From assembly GCA_029937535.1 (NCBI GenBank), contig JAPYPT010000001.1, forward strand, positions 5,832 through 69,831: a stretch of 64,000 nt of DNA. The letters are read 5' to 3'. The translations under genes were made by a program, and so were the position numbers. Shown one piece after another: positions 1 through 9,373 of this stretch. Within the stretch, counting starts at the first letter, position 1. The number at the start of each line of letters is the position of its first letter. A model generated the notes under the pieces. It made no database searches. It worked only from the letters and a program-made list of their open reading frames with translations, and was not told the DNA's origin. The DNA comes from Alphaproteobacteria bacterium. Its GTDB lineage: Bacteria; Pseudomonadota; Alphaproteobacteria; GCA-2731375.

Positions 1-237
1 GTCATGCCCGTGCGGGAAAAATACTCGCAAAACATCGGCGTCTGGCAAACGGAGGCCGAAAACCCGAACGAAGTCTCTCATATGTGGGTTTACGATGACA
101 TGAACCAACGGGCCGAGGTGCGGGCGCAATTTGCCGCCGATCCCGAATGGCAGGCTTTCCTGAAGGAATACGGCGGACATCTCGAAGAGATGCAGAACAT
201 GTTGCTGATGCCGGCATCCTTTTCACCACGAAAATAG
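1..237 (+). CDS. NIPSNAP family protein (C-terminal part; 5' end lies outside the window)
   Basis: Frame-1 ORF ending at 237. Translation ...GVWQTEAENPNEVSHMWVYDDMNQRAEVRAQFAADPEWQAF... matches the conserved C-terminal block of the NIPSNAP/Dabb-like family. Confidence 0.5.
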   Translation, partial: VMPVREKYSQNIGVWQTEAENPNEVSHMWVYDDMNQRAEVRAQFAADPEWQAFLKEYGGHLEEMQNMLLMPASFSPRK

Positions 238-244
238 GCGTACC

Positions 245-1168
245 ATGACTGAATTTAAAGAGATCACCACCGGCCTGATGTTCCCCGAGGGACCCATCGC
301 CATGCCCGACGGCTCCGTCATCCTGGTGGAGATCGAACGCCAGACCCTGACCCGGGTGCACCCCGATGGGCGTCAGGAGATCATCGCAAAAATCGGCGGC
401 GGCCCCAACGGCGCGGCCATGGGGCCGGACGGCAAGGTCTATATCTGCAACAACGGCGGCTTCAACTGGGGCGTCGACGACGGGATCAATCATCCCACCG
501 CCCCGGCGGACGATTACACCTCCGGCCGCATCGAACGGGTCGATATAGAGACCGGAGAGGTCGAGCTGCTGTATGACTCCTGCGATGGCAGGCCGCTCTG
601 CGGACCCAACGATATCGTCTTCGATGCCAAGGGCAATTTCTGGTTCACCGATCTGGGCAAGAGCCGGGACTTCGACATGGACCGTGGCGCCGTCTATTAC
701 GCGCGCTCCGACGGCAGCCTGATCAAACGCGCCGCCGCCCCGCTGATGACCCCCAACGGAATCGGCCTCTCGCCCGATGACAGCCGTGTTTATGCGGCCG
801 AGACCGACCCCCGGCGCCTGATCGCCTGGGATATCGTCGGTGAAGGGGAACTGGCCACCAAACCCTGGCCCGCCGTGGGCTGGGGCGATGTCATCATGGC
901 CCCCGAGGGCGTCAAGCGTTTCGACAGCCTGGCCTTGGAAGCCAACGGCAATATCTGTGTCGCGACGCTATTGACGGGAGGCATCACCGTCGCCGCGCCC
1001 GAGGGCGGCGTCGTGGAATTCATCCCCCTGCCCGACATCATGACCACCAACATTTGTTTTGGCGGCCCGAATTTGCAGACGGCCTACATCACCCTCTCGG
1101 GCGCCGGGCGCCTGATCTCCATGGACTGGCCCCGCCCCGGCCTGCCGCTGCATTTCCTGAACAAGTAG
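245..1168 (+). CDS. SMP-30/gluconolactonase/LRE-like family protein
   Basis: 307-aa ORF. N-terminal 'GLMFPEGPIAMPDGSV' and repeated beta-propeller-like blocks (GPNGAAMGPDGKVY, TPNGIGLSPD) are typical of the SMP-30/gluconolactonase family. Confidence 0.6.
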   Translation: MTEFKEITTGLMFPEGPIAMPDGSVILVEIERQTLTRVHPDGRQEIIAKIGGGPNGAAMGPDGKVYICNNGGFNWGVDDGINHPTAPADDYTSGRIERVDIETGEVELLYDSCDGRPLCGPNDIVFDAKGNFWFTDLGKSRDFDMDRGAVYYARSDGSLIKRAAAPLMTPNGIGLSPDDSRVYAAETDPRRLIAWDIVGEGELATKPWPAVGWGDVIMAPEGVKRFDSLALEANGNICVATLLTGGITVAAPEGGVVEFIPLPDIMTTNICFGGPNLQTAYITLSGAGRLISMDWPRPGLPLHFLNK

Positions 1169-1201
1169 ACCTTTTGAAATTGGCGCGGGGGTAGGCCGCG
1201 G

Positions 1202-1984
1202 ATGCAAAAATGGATGCCGGACGGTTCAGCCACGCGGGCCCGGATTGGCGTGCTGACACCACATTTCGACGCGGTGCCGGAAAGTGAATTTCAGGCTTTG
1301 GCGCCCGCCGGAGTTTCCATTCATGCCGCCCGCGTCCCCTTGGGTATGGTTGGGGCCGATGGAGAGATTATTCCCAACGTCGATGCCGATATTGCACGGG
1401 CATTTGCCGAACAGCCCGCCGTTGACGACGCCGCCGCGCTGCTTTCAGCGGTGGAGCCAAAAGCCATCGTCTTCGCCTTTACCAGCAGCAGTTATATTTT
1501 GGGCGCGGCGGAAGATGAAAAACTAAAGCGCCGTCTGGAGAAACGCACCAATGATATTCCCGTAATCATTCAGTCCATGGCGTTGGTCACCGCCCTCCGG
1601 GCCCTTCATGTCAAGCGGATCGCGCTGATCCATCCGCCATGGTACTCCGATGACCTTGACGCCCTTGGCGCCGCCTATTTTCAAAGCCAGAGCCTGGATG
1701 TTTTGGCGCACGGGCAAGCGAAACTTCGTGAAGACTATGGGGATATGACACCCGAACGGATTTTCGATTGGGCGGTCGAGCACACACCAAATGACGCCGA
1801 GGCGGTGGTTATTGGCGGCGGCGGTTTCCGCGCGAGTGGCGCCATTGCCGCAATAGAAACAAGGCTGGACAGACCGGTATTAAGCGCAAATCAGGCCGCC
1901 TTCTGGCTTGCCTTGAGAACTTCAGGCCTTTCGGACAACCTCGACGGCTATGGGCGTATCTTCGAAGCACAGTTGGACGAATAG
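1202..1984 (+). CDS. Asp/Glu/hydantoin racemase superfamily protein (arylmalonate decarboxylase / maleate isomerase-like)
   Basis: 260-aa ORF. Overall similarity pattern to the maleate-isomerase/arylmalonate-decarboxylase branch of the Asp/Glu/hydantoin racemase fold. A paralog lies at 45017..45739. Confidence 0.45.
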   Translation: MQKWMPDGSATRARIGVLTPHFDAVPESEFQALAPAGVSIHAARVPLGMVGADGEIIPNVDADIARAFAEQPAVDDAAALLSAVEPKAIVFAFTSSSYILGAAEDEKLKRRLEKRTNDIPVIIQSMALVTALRALHVKRIALIHPPWYSDDLDALGAAYFQSQSLDVLAHGQAKLREDYGDMTPERIFDWAVEHTPNDAEAVVIGGGGFRASGAIAAIETRLDRPVLSANQAAFWLALRTSGLSDNLDGYGRIFEAQLDE

Positions 1985-2066
1985 GCTCCGTCCAGACCCA
2001 TGGAGCCCATGCCGCAGACGGCGACGGATTTGATCCGCCCCGTCACGCTGCCGTTCCCTATCCCCG

Positions 2067-2312
2067 CTATTCCATTCCCAGGGCGTGCTTGTAGGTATCG
2101 ATCAGGGCTTCCAGCTCCTGCTGGTCGGCGCTGTCCATTTTGCGCAGCTTGATAATCTGGCGCATCACCTTGGGGTCGAAACCAACCGACTTGGACTCGG
2201 CGTAGACCTCGCGGACGTCCGATGCCAGGGCCGCCTTCTCTTCCTCCAAGCGCTCGATCCGCTCGATAAACTGCCGCAACCGATCCGCCGCGATACCGCC
2301 TACTTCAACCAT
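2067..2312 (-). CDS. DUF2312 (UPF0335) family small protein
   Basis: 81-aa ORF 'MVEVGGIAADRLRQFIERIERLEEEKAALASDVREVYAESKSVGFD...'. This is a conserved alphaproteobacterial UPF0335 signature. Confidence 0.55.
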   Translation of the reverse strand: MVEVGGIAADRLRQFIERIERLEEEKAALASDVREVYAESKSVGFDPKVMRQIIKLRKMDSADQQELEALIDTYKHALGME

Positions 2313-2392
2313 GCAAAACTGCTCCCTAAATCAGATATTTTTGTTGAACCGCGCGGACCATAAACAAGCCCCGTCACGGACGCAATGAAAGC

Positions 2393-3679
2393 CTACTCCA
2401 CCGCCCCCCCGGCCGCTGTCGCATGGGGATTTCGCGGGTCCTGGGTCCAGTTCATATAGGGTTTGCCGTTGTCCACCGGGACCATTTCAATGCAGTTCTC
2501 CACTGGACAGACATGGGCGCACAAATTGCAGCCGACGCATTCGGCATCGATGGTGTCGAATATACGCGCCGGTCCCGTGCCACTGACCGATATGGCCTGA
2601 TGGGCGGTATCTTCACAGGCGATGTGACAGAGACCACACTTGATGCATTTGTCCTGATCGATGCGGGCCACCAATTCGGCGTTGATGTTCAAATCCTGCC
2701 AATCCACGAAATTCGGAATGGCCGCGCCGTGGAAATCGGAGATGCGGCCATAACCCTTGCCGTCCATCCAATTGTTCAGGCCATCGATCATGTCATCGAT
2801 GATCTTGAAACCATAGTGCATGACCCCGGTGCAGACCTGGACGCCGTCCGATCCCAGAGTGATGAATTCCGCCGCATCGCGCCAGGTCTCTATGCCGCCA
2901 ATGCCGGAAATCGCCATGCCGGCGCATTCCGGATCGCGGGCGATCTGGGCCACCAGATTGAGCGCGATAGGTTTCACCGCCGGGCCGCAATAGCCGCCAT
3001 GGCTGCCCTTGCCATCCACGGTAGGTGTTGGCGCCATGAGGTCGAGATCAACCGAAATGATCGAATTCACCGTGTTGATCAGCGCCACCGCATCGGCCCC
3101 GCCAGCCTTGGCCGCCCGCGCCGGGGCCAGGATGTTGGTGACGTTGGGGGTCAATTTCACGAACACCGGCATGCGGGTCATGGATTTGCACCAGCGGGTG
3201 ACCATTTCGACATATTCGGGCACCTGACCCACGGCGGCGCCCATGCCGCGTTCCGACATGCCGTGGGGACAGCCGAAGTTCAACTCCACGCCATCGGCGC
3301 CCGTGTCCTCCACCGCGCCGAGGATCTTCTTCCACGGCGCCTCCTCGCACGGCACCATGAGGGAAACCAGCACCGCCCGGTCCGGCCAGTCCCGCTTAAT
3401 TTGTTTGATCTCGGCCAGGTTCACGTCCAGGGGCCGGTCGGTAATCAACTCAATATTGTTGAAGCCCACCATGCGCTGGCCATTGACGGCCACCGCGCCA
3501 TAGCGGGAGGTGGTGTTGACGATGGGCGGGTCTTCGCCAAGGGTTTTCCAGACCACGCCGCCCCAACCCGCCTTGAAGGCGCGTTCGACATTGTAGGCTT
3601 TGTCCGTGGGCGGGGCGGAGGCGAGCCAGAACGGGTTCGGCGATTTGACGCCGGCGAAATCGCAACGCAGATCAGCCAT
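2393..3679 (-). CDS. preA: NAD-dependent dihydropyrimidine dehydrogenase subunit PreA (dihydroorotate-dehydrogenase-like TIM barrel plus 2x[4Fe-4S] ferredoxin tail)
   Basis: 428-aa ORF with the FMN/DHODH-like core and a C-terminal CIKCGLCHIACEDTAH...CVGCNLCAHVCPV ferredoxin motif. GGGGAG Shine-Dalgarno lies 9 nt upstream. Stop of the upstream preT lies 5 nt before the ATG. Confidence 0.8.
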   Translation of the reverse strand: MADLRCDFAGVKSPNPFWLASAPPTDKAYNVERAFKAGWGGVVWKTLGEDPPIVNTTSRYGAVAVNGQRMVGFNNIELITDRPLDVNLAEIKQIKRDWPDRAVLVSLMVPCEEAPWKKILGAVEDTGADGVELNFGCPHGMSERGMGAAVGQVPEYVEMVTRWCKSMTRMPVFVKLTPNVTNILAPARAAKAGGADAVALINTVNSIISVDLDLMAPTPTVDGKGSHGGYCGPAVKPIALNLVAQIARDPECAGMAISGIGGIETWRDAAEFITLGSDGVQVCTGVMHYGFKIIDDMIDGLNNWMDGKGYGRISDFHGAAIPNFVDWQDLNINAELVARIDQDKCIKCGLCHIACEDTAHQAISVSGTGPARIFDTIDAECVGCNLCAHVCPVENCIEMVPVDNGKPYMNWTQDPRNPHATAAGGAVE

Positions 3680-3683
3680 CTCT

Positions 3684-5039
3684 CTAGCTCCCCATATTCT
3701 TTAAATAATCGGCAATGGCCCCGGCCGCGACCTTGCCATCCTGCACCGCCTGCACCGTCAGGTCCTCGCCGGCCACGCAATCACCGCCCGCCCACACATC
3801 GGACAGGGAGGTCCGTCCGCTTTCATCCACGGCGATACGGCCAGCCGTCAGATCCGGGCCGTCCGCCGCCAGAGGCACGAAGGACTGGCCCACCGCCTTG
3901 AAGACCATGTCGCAGGGCATGGCCTGTTCGCCGCCCGTATCCACCAACGCGCCGTCCGCCGCCAGTTCAACGCCTTGGAACACGGCGGCCCGAACGCCGC
4001 CCTCGCCCTCCAGCCGCACGGGCCGCAACCAATGTTTGATCCGCACGCCATTGGTTTGGGCGAAGGCCTGTTCGTGTCCCGTGGCGCCCATTTGTTCCGG
4101 TCCGCGCCGGTAGACCATGGTCACGTCCTCGGCGCCCAGGCGTTTGGTTTGCACGGCAATATCGATGGCCGTGTTGCCGCCGCCAATGACCACAATGCGG
4201 CGGCCCACGGGCAGGGTGGTCAGATCATCGGCCTGCCGCAAGTCCGCAATGTAGTCGACGGCATTATGAACGCCGTCCAGTTCAGCGCCCGGCACATCGA
4301 GAGCCCGCACGCCGCCCTGCCCCAGGCCCAGGAACACGGCGTCAAAATCGTTGCGCAATTGCGCCAGGGTTAAGTCCCGGCCCAGGGCCTGGCCATAACG
4401 CATTTCGATACCGCCGATCGCGGTGATGAACGCAACTTCGTCCTGGGCAAAGTCGTCGGGCACTTTATAGGCGGCGATGCCGTATTCGTTCAGGCCGCCG
4501 GGTTTGGCGCGCCCCTCGAACACCGTAACGCTCGCGCCTTGGCGGGCCAGGGCATGGGCGCAGGCCAGGCCCGCCGGTCCCGCCCCCACCACGGCAACCG
4601 AACGGCCGGTATCGTCCGCGCGGTTGAAGGGATGCGGTCCCCCCCCGCCCAGATGATCGGTGGCGTGACGTTGCAACAAGCCAATTTCGACGGGGCGGTC
4701 GCCAACACCATTGCGCACGCAATCACCCTGGCAAAGAATTTCCGTCGGGCAGACGCGGGCGCAACTGCCCCCCATGATATTCTCTTCCAGGATGGTCCTG
4801 GCGGCGCCGGTGAGATTGCCCGTGGCGATAGCGCGGATAAATCCGGGGATATCAATGCCCGTGGGGCAGGCCCCGATACAGGGCGCATCGTAACAAAAAT
4901 AACAACGGCTGGCCTCGACCGCGGCGCCGGCCGCATCGAAGGGCCGATGCACGTCGGCAAAATTTTCGGCCAGCACCGCGCCGTTCAATCGCCCGGCCTG
5001 GATATCCGCCCCGTCCGTCATTCCAACCCCGCTCAACAA
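3684..5039 (-). CDS. preT: dihydropyrimidine dehydrogenase subunit PreT (glutamate-synthase small-subunit-like, FAD/NAD-binding)
   Basis: 451-aa ORF. N-terminal CYFCYDAPCIGACP Fe-S motif and two GxGxxG nucleotide-binding motifs (VAVVGAGPAGLACA; IVVIGGGNTAIDIA). Operonic with preA. Confidence 0.8.
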   Translation of the reverse strand: MLSGVGMTDGADIQAGRLNGAVLAENFADVHRPFDAAGAAVEASRCYFCYDAPCIGACPTGIDIPGFIRAIATGNLTGAARTILEENIMGGSCARVCPTEILCQGDCVRNGVGDRPVEIGLLQRHATDHLGGGGPHPFNRADDTGRSVAVVGAGPAGLACAHALARQGASVTVFEGRAKPGGLNEYGIAAYKVPDDFAQDEVAFITAIGGIEMRYGQALGRDLTLAQLRNDFDAVFLGLGQGGVRALDVPGAELDGVHNAVDYIADLRQADDLTTLPVGRRIVVIGGGNTAIDIAVQTKRLGAEDVTMVYRRGPEQMGATGHEQAFAQTNGVRIKHWLRPVRLEGEGGVRAAVFQGVELAADGALVDTGGEQAMPCDMVFKAVGQSFVPLAADGPDLTAGRIAVDESGRTSLSDVWAGGDCVAGEDLTVQAVQDGKVAAGAIADYLKNMGS

Positions 5040-5092
5040 TTTGTTCGATGGGTGAAAGTGTAACGAAAAGCGCCGGACTTTAGGTTGTTTTT

Positions 5093-5716
5093 TTAGGCTT
5101 CTTTTTTCCGGCCGATCCTGGGCTCCTCACCCTTGACCAGACGCCGGATGTTCTGGTGATGGCGGACGAAAACCAGCACCGCCATGAAGGCCGCCAGTTC
5201 CATGATTTGCCAATTGCCAAGCCAATAGGCATAGCCTGGACCCGCCAGGGCAGCGATCAGGGTGGCGAGAGAGGAAAACCGCAGCAGGCCAGCGACGGCC
5301 AACCAGGTCAGACAACACAACAGGCCCGCCGGCCAGTTAATCGCCAGCATGACGCCCAGGTAGGTCGCCATGCCCTTGCCGCCCTTGAATTTCAGCCAGA
5401 CCGGAAACAAATGGCCGATGAAGGCGCCGCCGCCCGCCAGGACAGCCGTGTCGGGCCCATACATATTCGCCAGCAATACCGCCGCCGCGCCCTTGCCGCC
5501 GTCCAGTATCAGGGTCAGGGCGGCCAGGCCTTTATTGCCCGTGCGCAGCACGTTGGTGGCGCCGATATTGCCCGAACCAATGGCGCGCACGTCGCCCAGG
5601 CCCGCCAAGCGGGTCAGCACCAGGCCGAAGGGGATGGAGCCCAGAAGATAGCCAAAGGCCGCCGCCGCCCAAAACGGCCAGATATAGGTTAAATCACCCA
5701 ATGGTGTCGGCATCAA
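5093..5716 (-). CDS. plsY: glycerol-3-phosphate acyltransferase PlsY
   Basis: 207-aa membrane ORF '[55 protein letters not shown]' is the PlsY signature. Overlaps the pyrC-like stop by 4 nt. Confidence 0.8.
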   Translation of the reverse strand: MMPTPLGDLTYIWPFWAAAAFGYLLGSIPFGLVLTRLAGLGDVRAIGSGNIGATNVLRTGNKGLAALTLILDGGKGAAAVLLANMYGPDTAVLAGGGAFIGHLFPVWLKFKGGKGMATYLGVMLAINWPAGLLCCLTWLAVAGLLRFSSLATLIAALAGPGYAYWLGNWQIMELAAFMAVLVFVRHHQNIRRLVKGEEPRIGRKKEA

Positions 5717-7017
5717 TTTCCGTCCCCGTCAGGATCGGAATATACCACCTTTCCCCCGACAATGGTGCGCCAAGCCCGGCCTTGGACGGGGCGGCCGTGA
5801 TAGGGCGTATTTTTCGATTTACTGTGGAATTGGTCTTCGTCGATGCGCCACGGCTTATGGGGATCGAACACCAATAAATCGGCCGGCGCGCCGGGCGACA
5901 GCTTGCCGCCGCGCAGGCCCAGCAATTCCGCCGGGCGCACGGTCATGGTGGCCAACAGATCCAGCAGGCTCATGTCACCGTTGTGATACAATTCCAGCGC
6001 CAGGGGCAGCATGGTTTCCAAACCGATGATGCCGGTCGCCGCCAATTCGAACGGCAGGCGTTTGGATTCCACATCCTGGGGATCGTGGCAGGAGCAGATG
6101 ATATCGATTGTGCCGTCCGCCAGGCCGGCCACCACCGCCCTGCGGTCCGCCTCCGCCCGCAGGGGCGGCGCGGTCTTGGCGAAACTGCGGTATTCCCCCA
6201 CCGCAACCTCGTTCAAGGCGAAGCTGTGCACGGCGGCGGCGGCGGTGACCTTCAAACCCCGTGCCTTGCCCCGCGCCATGGCCTCGATCGCCTGGTCGGT
6301 CGACAGGCAGGCGGCGTGATAACGCCCCCCCGTCATCTCCACCAGGCGCAAATCCCGTTCCACCATGATGGTTTCTGCCTGGGTTGGGATACCGGGCAGG
6401 CCCAGGCGCATGGCCACCTCGCCGGCATTCATCACGCCGCTGCCGGCCAGCCGTGGTTCCTCCGGATAGTGGCAGATCAGCAGATCAAAGGCGGAGGCAT
6501 AGCTAAGCACCCGACGCATCACCTGGGCATCGGCCACCACCCGGTCGGCATCGGTGAAGGCCACGGCGTCGGCCTCCGCCAACAACCCCAATTCCGCCAT
6601 CTGCTCGCCCTTGAGCCCCTTGGTGATGGCGGCCATGGGATGAATGCGCACCACGGCCTTATCGCGGGCCTGGCGTTTGATGTATTCCACCAGGGCCACG
6701 TCATCAATCACCGGCTCGGTATTCGGTTGCACGATGATGCAGGTAACGCCGCCCGCGGCGGCGGCTTCCGATGCCGAGGCCAGGGTTTCCTTATGCTCGG
6801 CGCCGGGCTCTCCGACAAAGACCCGCATGTCGATCAAACCGGGACACAGCACGCGGCCGCCGCAATCCACCACCTCCATGCCATTGGGGACGCCATTGGC
6901 GAACAGATCCGGGCCCAGATCGATGATCTGGCCGTCCTGGATCAACAGCGCGCCGGGACTGTCAAGACCGCTGGCCGGGTCGATCAGGCGGGCGTTGATG
7001 TAGGCGGCCGTGCTCAT
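5713..7017 (-). CDS. dihydroorotase-like protein, probably the non-catalytic PyrC' partner of aspartate carbamoyltransferase
   Basis: 434-aa amidohydrolase-fold ORF directly downstream of pyrB with a 4-nt overlap. The canonical 'PGxxDxHVH' zinc site reads 'PGLIDMRVF' and the 'TDHAPH' catalytic Asp region reads 'CSCHDPQD'. Confidence 0.65.
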   Translation of the reverse strand: MSTAAYINARLIDPASGLDSPGALLIQDGQIIDLGPDLFANGVPNGMEVVDCGGRVLCPGLIDMRVFVGEPGAEHKETLASASEAAAAGGVTCIIVQPNTEPVIDDVALVEYIKRQARDKAVVRIHPMAAITKGLKGEQMAELGLLAEADAVAFTDADRVVADAQVMRRVLSYASAFDLLICHYPEEPRLAGSGVMNAGEVAMRLGLPGIPTQAETIMVERDLRLVEMTGGRYHAACLSTDQAIEAMARGKARGLKVTAAAAVHSFALNEVAVGEYRSFAKTAPPLRAEADRRAVVAGLADGTIDIICSCHDPQDVESKRLPFELAATGIIGLETMLPLALELYHNGDMSLLDLLATMTVRPAELLGLRGGKLSPGAPADLLVFDPHKPWRIDEDQFHSKSKNTPYHGRPVQGRAWRTIVGGKVVYSDPDGDGN

Positions 7018-7994
7018 GGTTTCATGTCCCCCGGCCCCACGGACGGTTGGTTCGAGGGCCGGCGGGAGAGCAGATCGAGCACCGCCATGCGCACCGCGAC
7101 GCCCATCTCCACCTGTTCGCGGATGACGCTGCGGTTGATGTCGTCGGCCAGTTCACTGTCGATTTCCACGCCCCGGTTCATGGGACCGGGGTGCATGATC
7201 AGGGCCTCGGGCTTGGCCTTTGCCAGCTTGCTCCGGTCCAGGCCGAAGAAATGGTAGTATTCCCGGGTCGAAGGCACATAGGCGCCGTTCATGCGTTCGT
7301 TTTGCAGGCGTAGCATCATTACGATGTCCACATCGGCCAGACCGGCCGCCATATCGTGAAAAACCTCCACCCCCATGCGGTCCATGGCGCCGGGCAGCAG
7401 GGTCGGCGGCGCGATGGCGCGGACGTGGGCGCCCATGATGTTCAACAGCATGATGTTGGAGCGGGCCACCCGGCTGTGCAGAATATCGCCGCAAATAGCC
7501 ACGGTCAGGCCATGCAGATGGCCCAACCGGCGGCGGATGGTCAGGGCATCCAGCAGGGCCTGGGTGGGATGTTCGTGGCTGCCGTCGCCGGCGTTGATGA
7601 CACTGCAATCCATCTTCTGGCTCAACAGGGCAACGGCGCCCGAATGGGGATGACGCACGACCAGGGCGTCGGGGTGCATGGCGTTCAAGGTGGCCGCCGT
7701 ATCGATCAGGGTTTCGCCCTTTTTGATGGCGGAGGCCGTCGCCGTCATATTGATGACATCGGCGCCCAGGCGCTTGCCGGCCAGTTCGAACGAGGTGCGG
7801 GTACGGGTCGAGGTTTCGAAAAACAGATTGATCTGGGTGCGGCCGCCCAGGATCGAGCGTTTCTTGTCGACCTGACGGTTCTGCGCCACGTAGTTGTCTG
7901 AAAGATCCAGGATTTCCGAAATATCGGAAGGTGATAGCCCCTCAATCCCAAGGAGGTGACGGTAGGGCAATGCACTCGAAGAAATATCGCTCAT
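7014..7994 (-). CDS. pyrB: aspartate carbamoyltransferase catalytic subunit
   Basis: Contains the STRTR carbamoyl-phosphate binding motif and HPxQ, with typical length. ATG at 7994. The ORF track's TTG start at 7997 lies one codon upstream in frame. Confidence 0.85.
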   Translation of the reverse strand: MSDISSSALPYRHLLGIEGLSPSDISEILDLSDNYVAQNRQVDKKRSILGGRTQINLFFETSTRTRTSFELAGKRLGADVINMTATASAIKKGETLIDTAATLNAMHPDALVVRHPHSGAVALLSQKMDCSVINAGDGSHEHPTQALLDALTIRRRLGHLHGLTVAICGDILHSRVARSNIMLLNIMGAHVRAIAPPTLLPGAMDRMGVEVFHDMAAGLADVDIVMMLRLQNERMNGAYVPSTREYYHFFGLDRSKLAKAKPEALIMHPGPMNRGVEIDSELADDINRSVIREQVEMGVAVRMAVLDLLSRRPSNQPSVGPGDMKP

Positions 7995-7999
7995 CAAAA

Positions 8000-8019
8000 G
8001 GCGATCTTATAGGATCGCC
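8000..8019 (-). promoter_or_regulatory. GC hairpin (GGCGATC-n6-GATCGCC) followed by UUUUG immediately 5' of the pyrB start codon; candidate attenuator
   Basis: On the minus strand the mRNA reads GGCGAUCCUAUAAGAUCGCC-UUUUG-AUG(pyrB). This is a terminator-like structure only 5 nt from the start codon. A 6-codon mini-ORF (MVLSTQ*) lies further upstream on the same strand. Confidence 0.3.
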
Positions 8020-8066
8020 CGTGCGCAAAAGCAACTGGCTTTGGCGTTTATTGTGTAGATAGGACC

Positions 8067-8732
8067 ATGACCATGAACCAAACCAACCCCGGCCGGCTCG
8101 ATCCGAATGGCCGCGTCATGATGATTTCCGGTGCCAACAGGGGCATTGGCGCCGCCATTGCCCACCGCCTGCGCCTGGAGGGCTATCATTTGAGCCTGGC
8201 GGCCCGCCGACCCGATGACATACCCGAAGCCCTTGGCGATGATTGCATGCATCATCCATTCGATGCGTTGGATCCCGAATCGCCCCGGATCTGGGCGGAC
8301 GCGACGGCGGCGCGATTTGGCCGCATCGACGGCCTGGTCAACAATGCCGGCACCGCCGCCGCCTTTGGCTTCGAAGACGGGGACGAGGCTGATTTGGACC
8401 GCATGTTAGAAGTGAACGTGAAAGCGCCCTACCGCCTGATCCGGGCCGCCCTGCCGCACCTTCGGGTATCGGGCAGCGGCCGCATCGTCACCATCACTTC
8501 GTTGGCCGGCATGCGGTTCAAGCGTGGCTCGCCGGGCTATGCCATCTCCAAATTCGCGGCCATGGGCTTGAGCTCGGCCGCGCGGTCCCTGCTGTGGGAA
8601 GACGGCATCCGGGTCACGGCGGTGGGCCCCGGCCCCGTCAATACCGACGTGGTGGCCATGGTCCTCGCCATGCCCAATAACGCCTCCGTCGCCGCCGTGC
8701 CCATCAATGCCGTGTATGAGCCGCTGCCGTGA
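8067..8732 (+). CDS. SDR family oxidoreductase
   Basis: SGANRGIG Rossmann motif, NNAG, and a YAISK catalytic Tyr/Lys pair. Confidence 0.6.
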   Translation: MTMNQTNPGRLDPNGRVMMISGANRGIGAAIAHRLRLEGYHLSLAARRPDDIPEALGDDCMHHPFDALDPESPRIWADATAARFGRIDGLVNNAGTAAAFGFEDGDEADLDRMLEVNVKAPYRLIRAALPHLRVSGSGRIVTITSLAGMRFKRGSPGYAISKFAAMGLSSAARSLLWEDGIRVTAVGPGPVNTDVVAMVLAMPNNASVAAVPINAVYEPLP

Positions 8733-9121
8733 CCGATCGCGCCCGAAACTGGTCCCTCATATTCGCCGGAATATCCGGTGCCCTTGCCGTGTTGATGGCC
8801 GCCGGCACCGCCCATGGACCGCCCGACAGTCTGGCGCCGGAGGATTTGGGACGTATCCAAACCGCCGTGCAATATCAGATCTGGCACGCCCTGGCCCTGC
8901 TGGGCACGGCCGCACTATCGGCCAAGGCGCCATCGAAACTGCTGGGGGCCGCCGCCGCGGGCTTCGCCATGGGTAGTGTGTTGTTTTGCGGTGGGTTGTA
9001 TCTGTTGGCGTTTTCAGGCTTGGCATTCCTTGCCTGGCCGGTGCCCCTGGGCGGTCTGGCCTTCACCGCCGGTTGGCTGGCATTGGCCGCTTACGGGTGG
9101 CGCTGGCGTATGGGTGAATGA
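8729..9121 (+). CDS. DUF423 family membrane protein
   Basis: 130-aa, 4-TM ORF with the conserved 'AGTAHG' motif. Overlaps the SDR stop by 4 nt. Confidence 0.5.
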   Translation: MTDRARNWSLIFAGISGALAVLMAAGTAHGPPDSLAPEDLGRIQTAVQYQIWHALALLGTAALSAKAPSKLLGAAAAGFAMGSVLFCGGLYLLAFSGLAFLAWPVPLGGLAFTAGWLALAAYGWRWRMGE

Positions 9122-9160
9122 AACTCCAGCGAGACATCGGGGCCTAAGCGGCATTGCCTG

Positions 9161-9328
9161 CTAGAAGCAACTGAACCGGGCCCACTGCATGGACAAAAAA
9201 TGCTCGATCAAGCCGTCCAGGAAAAATGACCAGACCGGTGTCATGGCCCCGCTCGACATGGCCACCACGACGATGCCGGCCAGGGCGCCGAAACCAACTA
9301 TCGCCAAGTTCGTGGTCTTGCTATCCAT
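9161..9328 (-). CDS. hypothetical small membrane protein (55 aa), not in the supplied ORF track
   Basis: Manual translation of the minus strand gives MDSKTTNLAIVGFGALAGIVVVAMSSGAMTPVWSFFLDGLIEHFLSMQWARFSCF*. This is one predicted TM helix in an otherwise gene-free 250-bp gap. Confidence 0.25.
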   Translation of the reverse strand: MDSKTTNLAIVGFGALAGIVVVAMSSGAMTPVWSFFLDGLIEHFLSMQWARFSCF

Positions 9329-9373
9329 GGTAATATCCTAACCGAATTTGCCTTTTAAATAAAGCTCGACCGC

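Noticed and set aside
2423-3901. Long antisense ORFs opposite recognisable genes (for example 2423..3901 +, 5983..7257 +, 10435..11718 -, 41747..42964 -, 48645..49604 -, 49981..50715 -, 35273..36067 -)
   Set aside because: They are typical stop-codon-poor antisense frames of high-GC DNA. Their translations are low-complexity, Arg/Gly/Pro-rich, and each lies entirely inside a sense-strand gene with a clear family signature.
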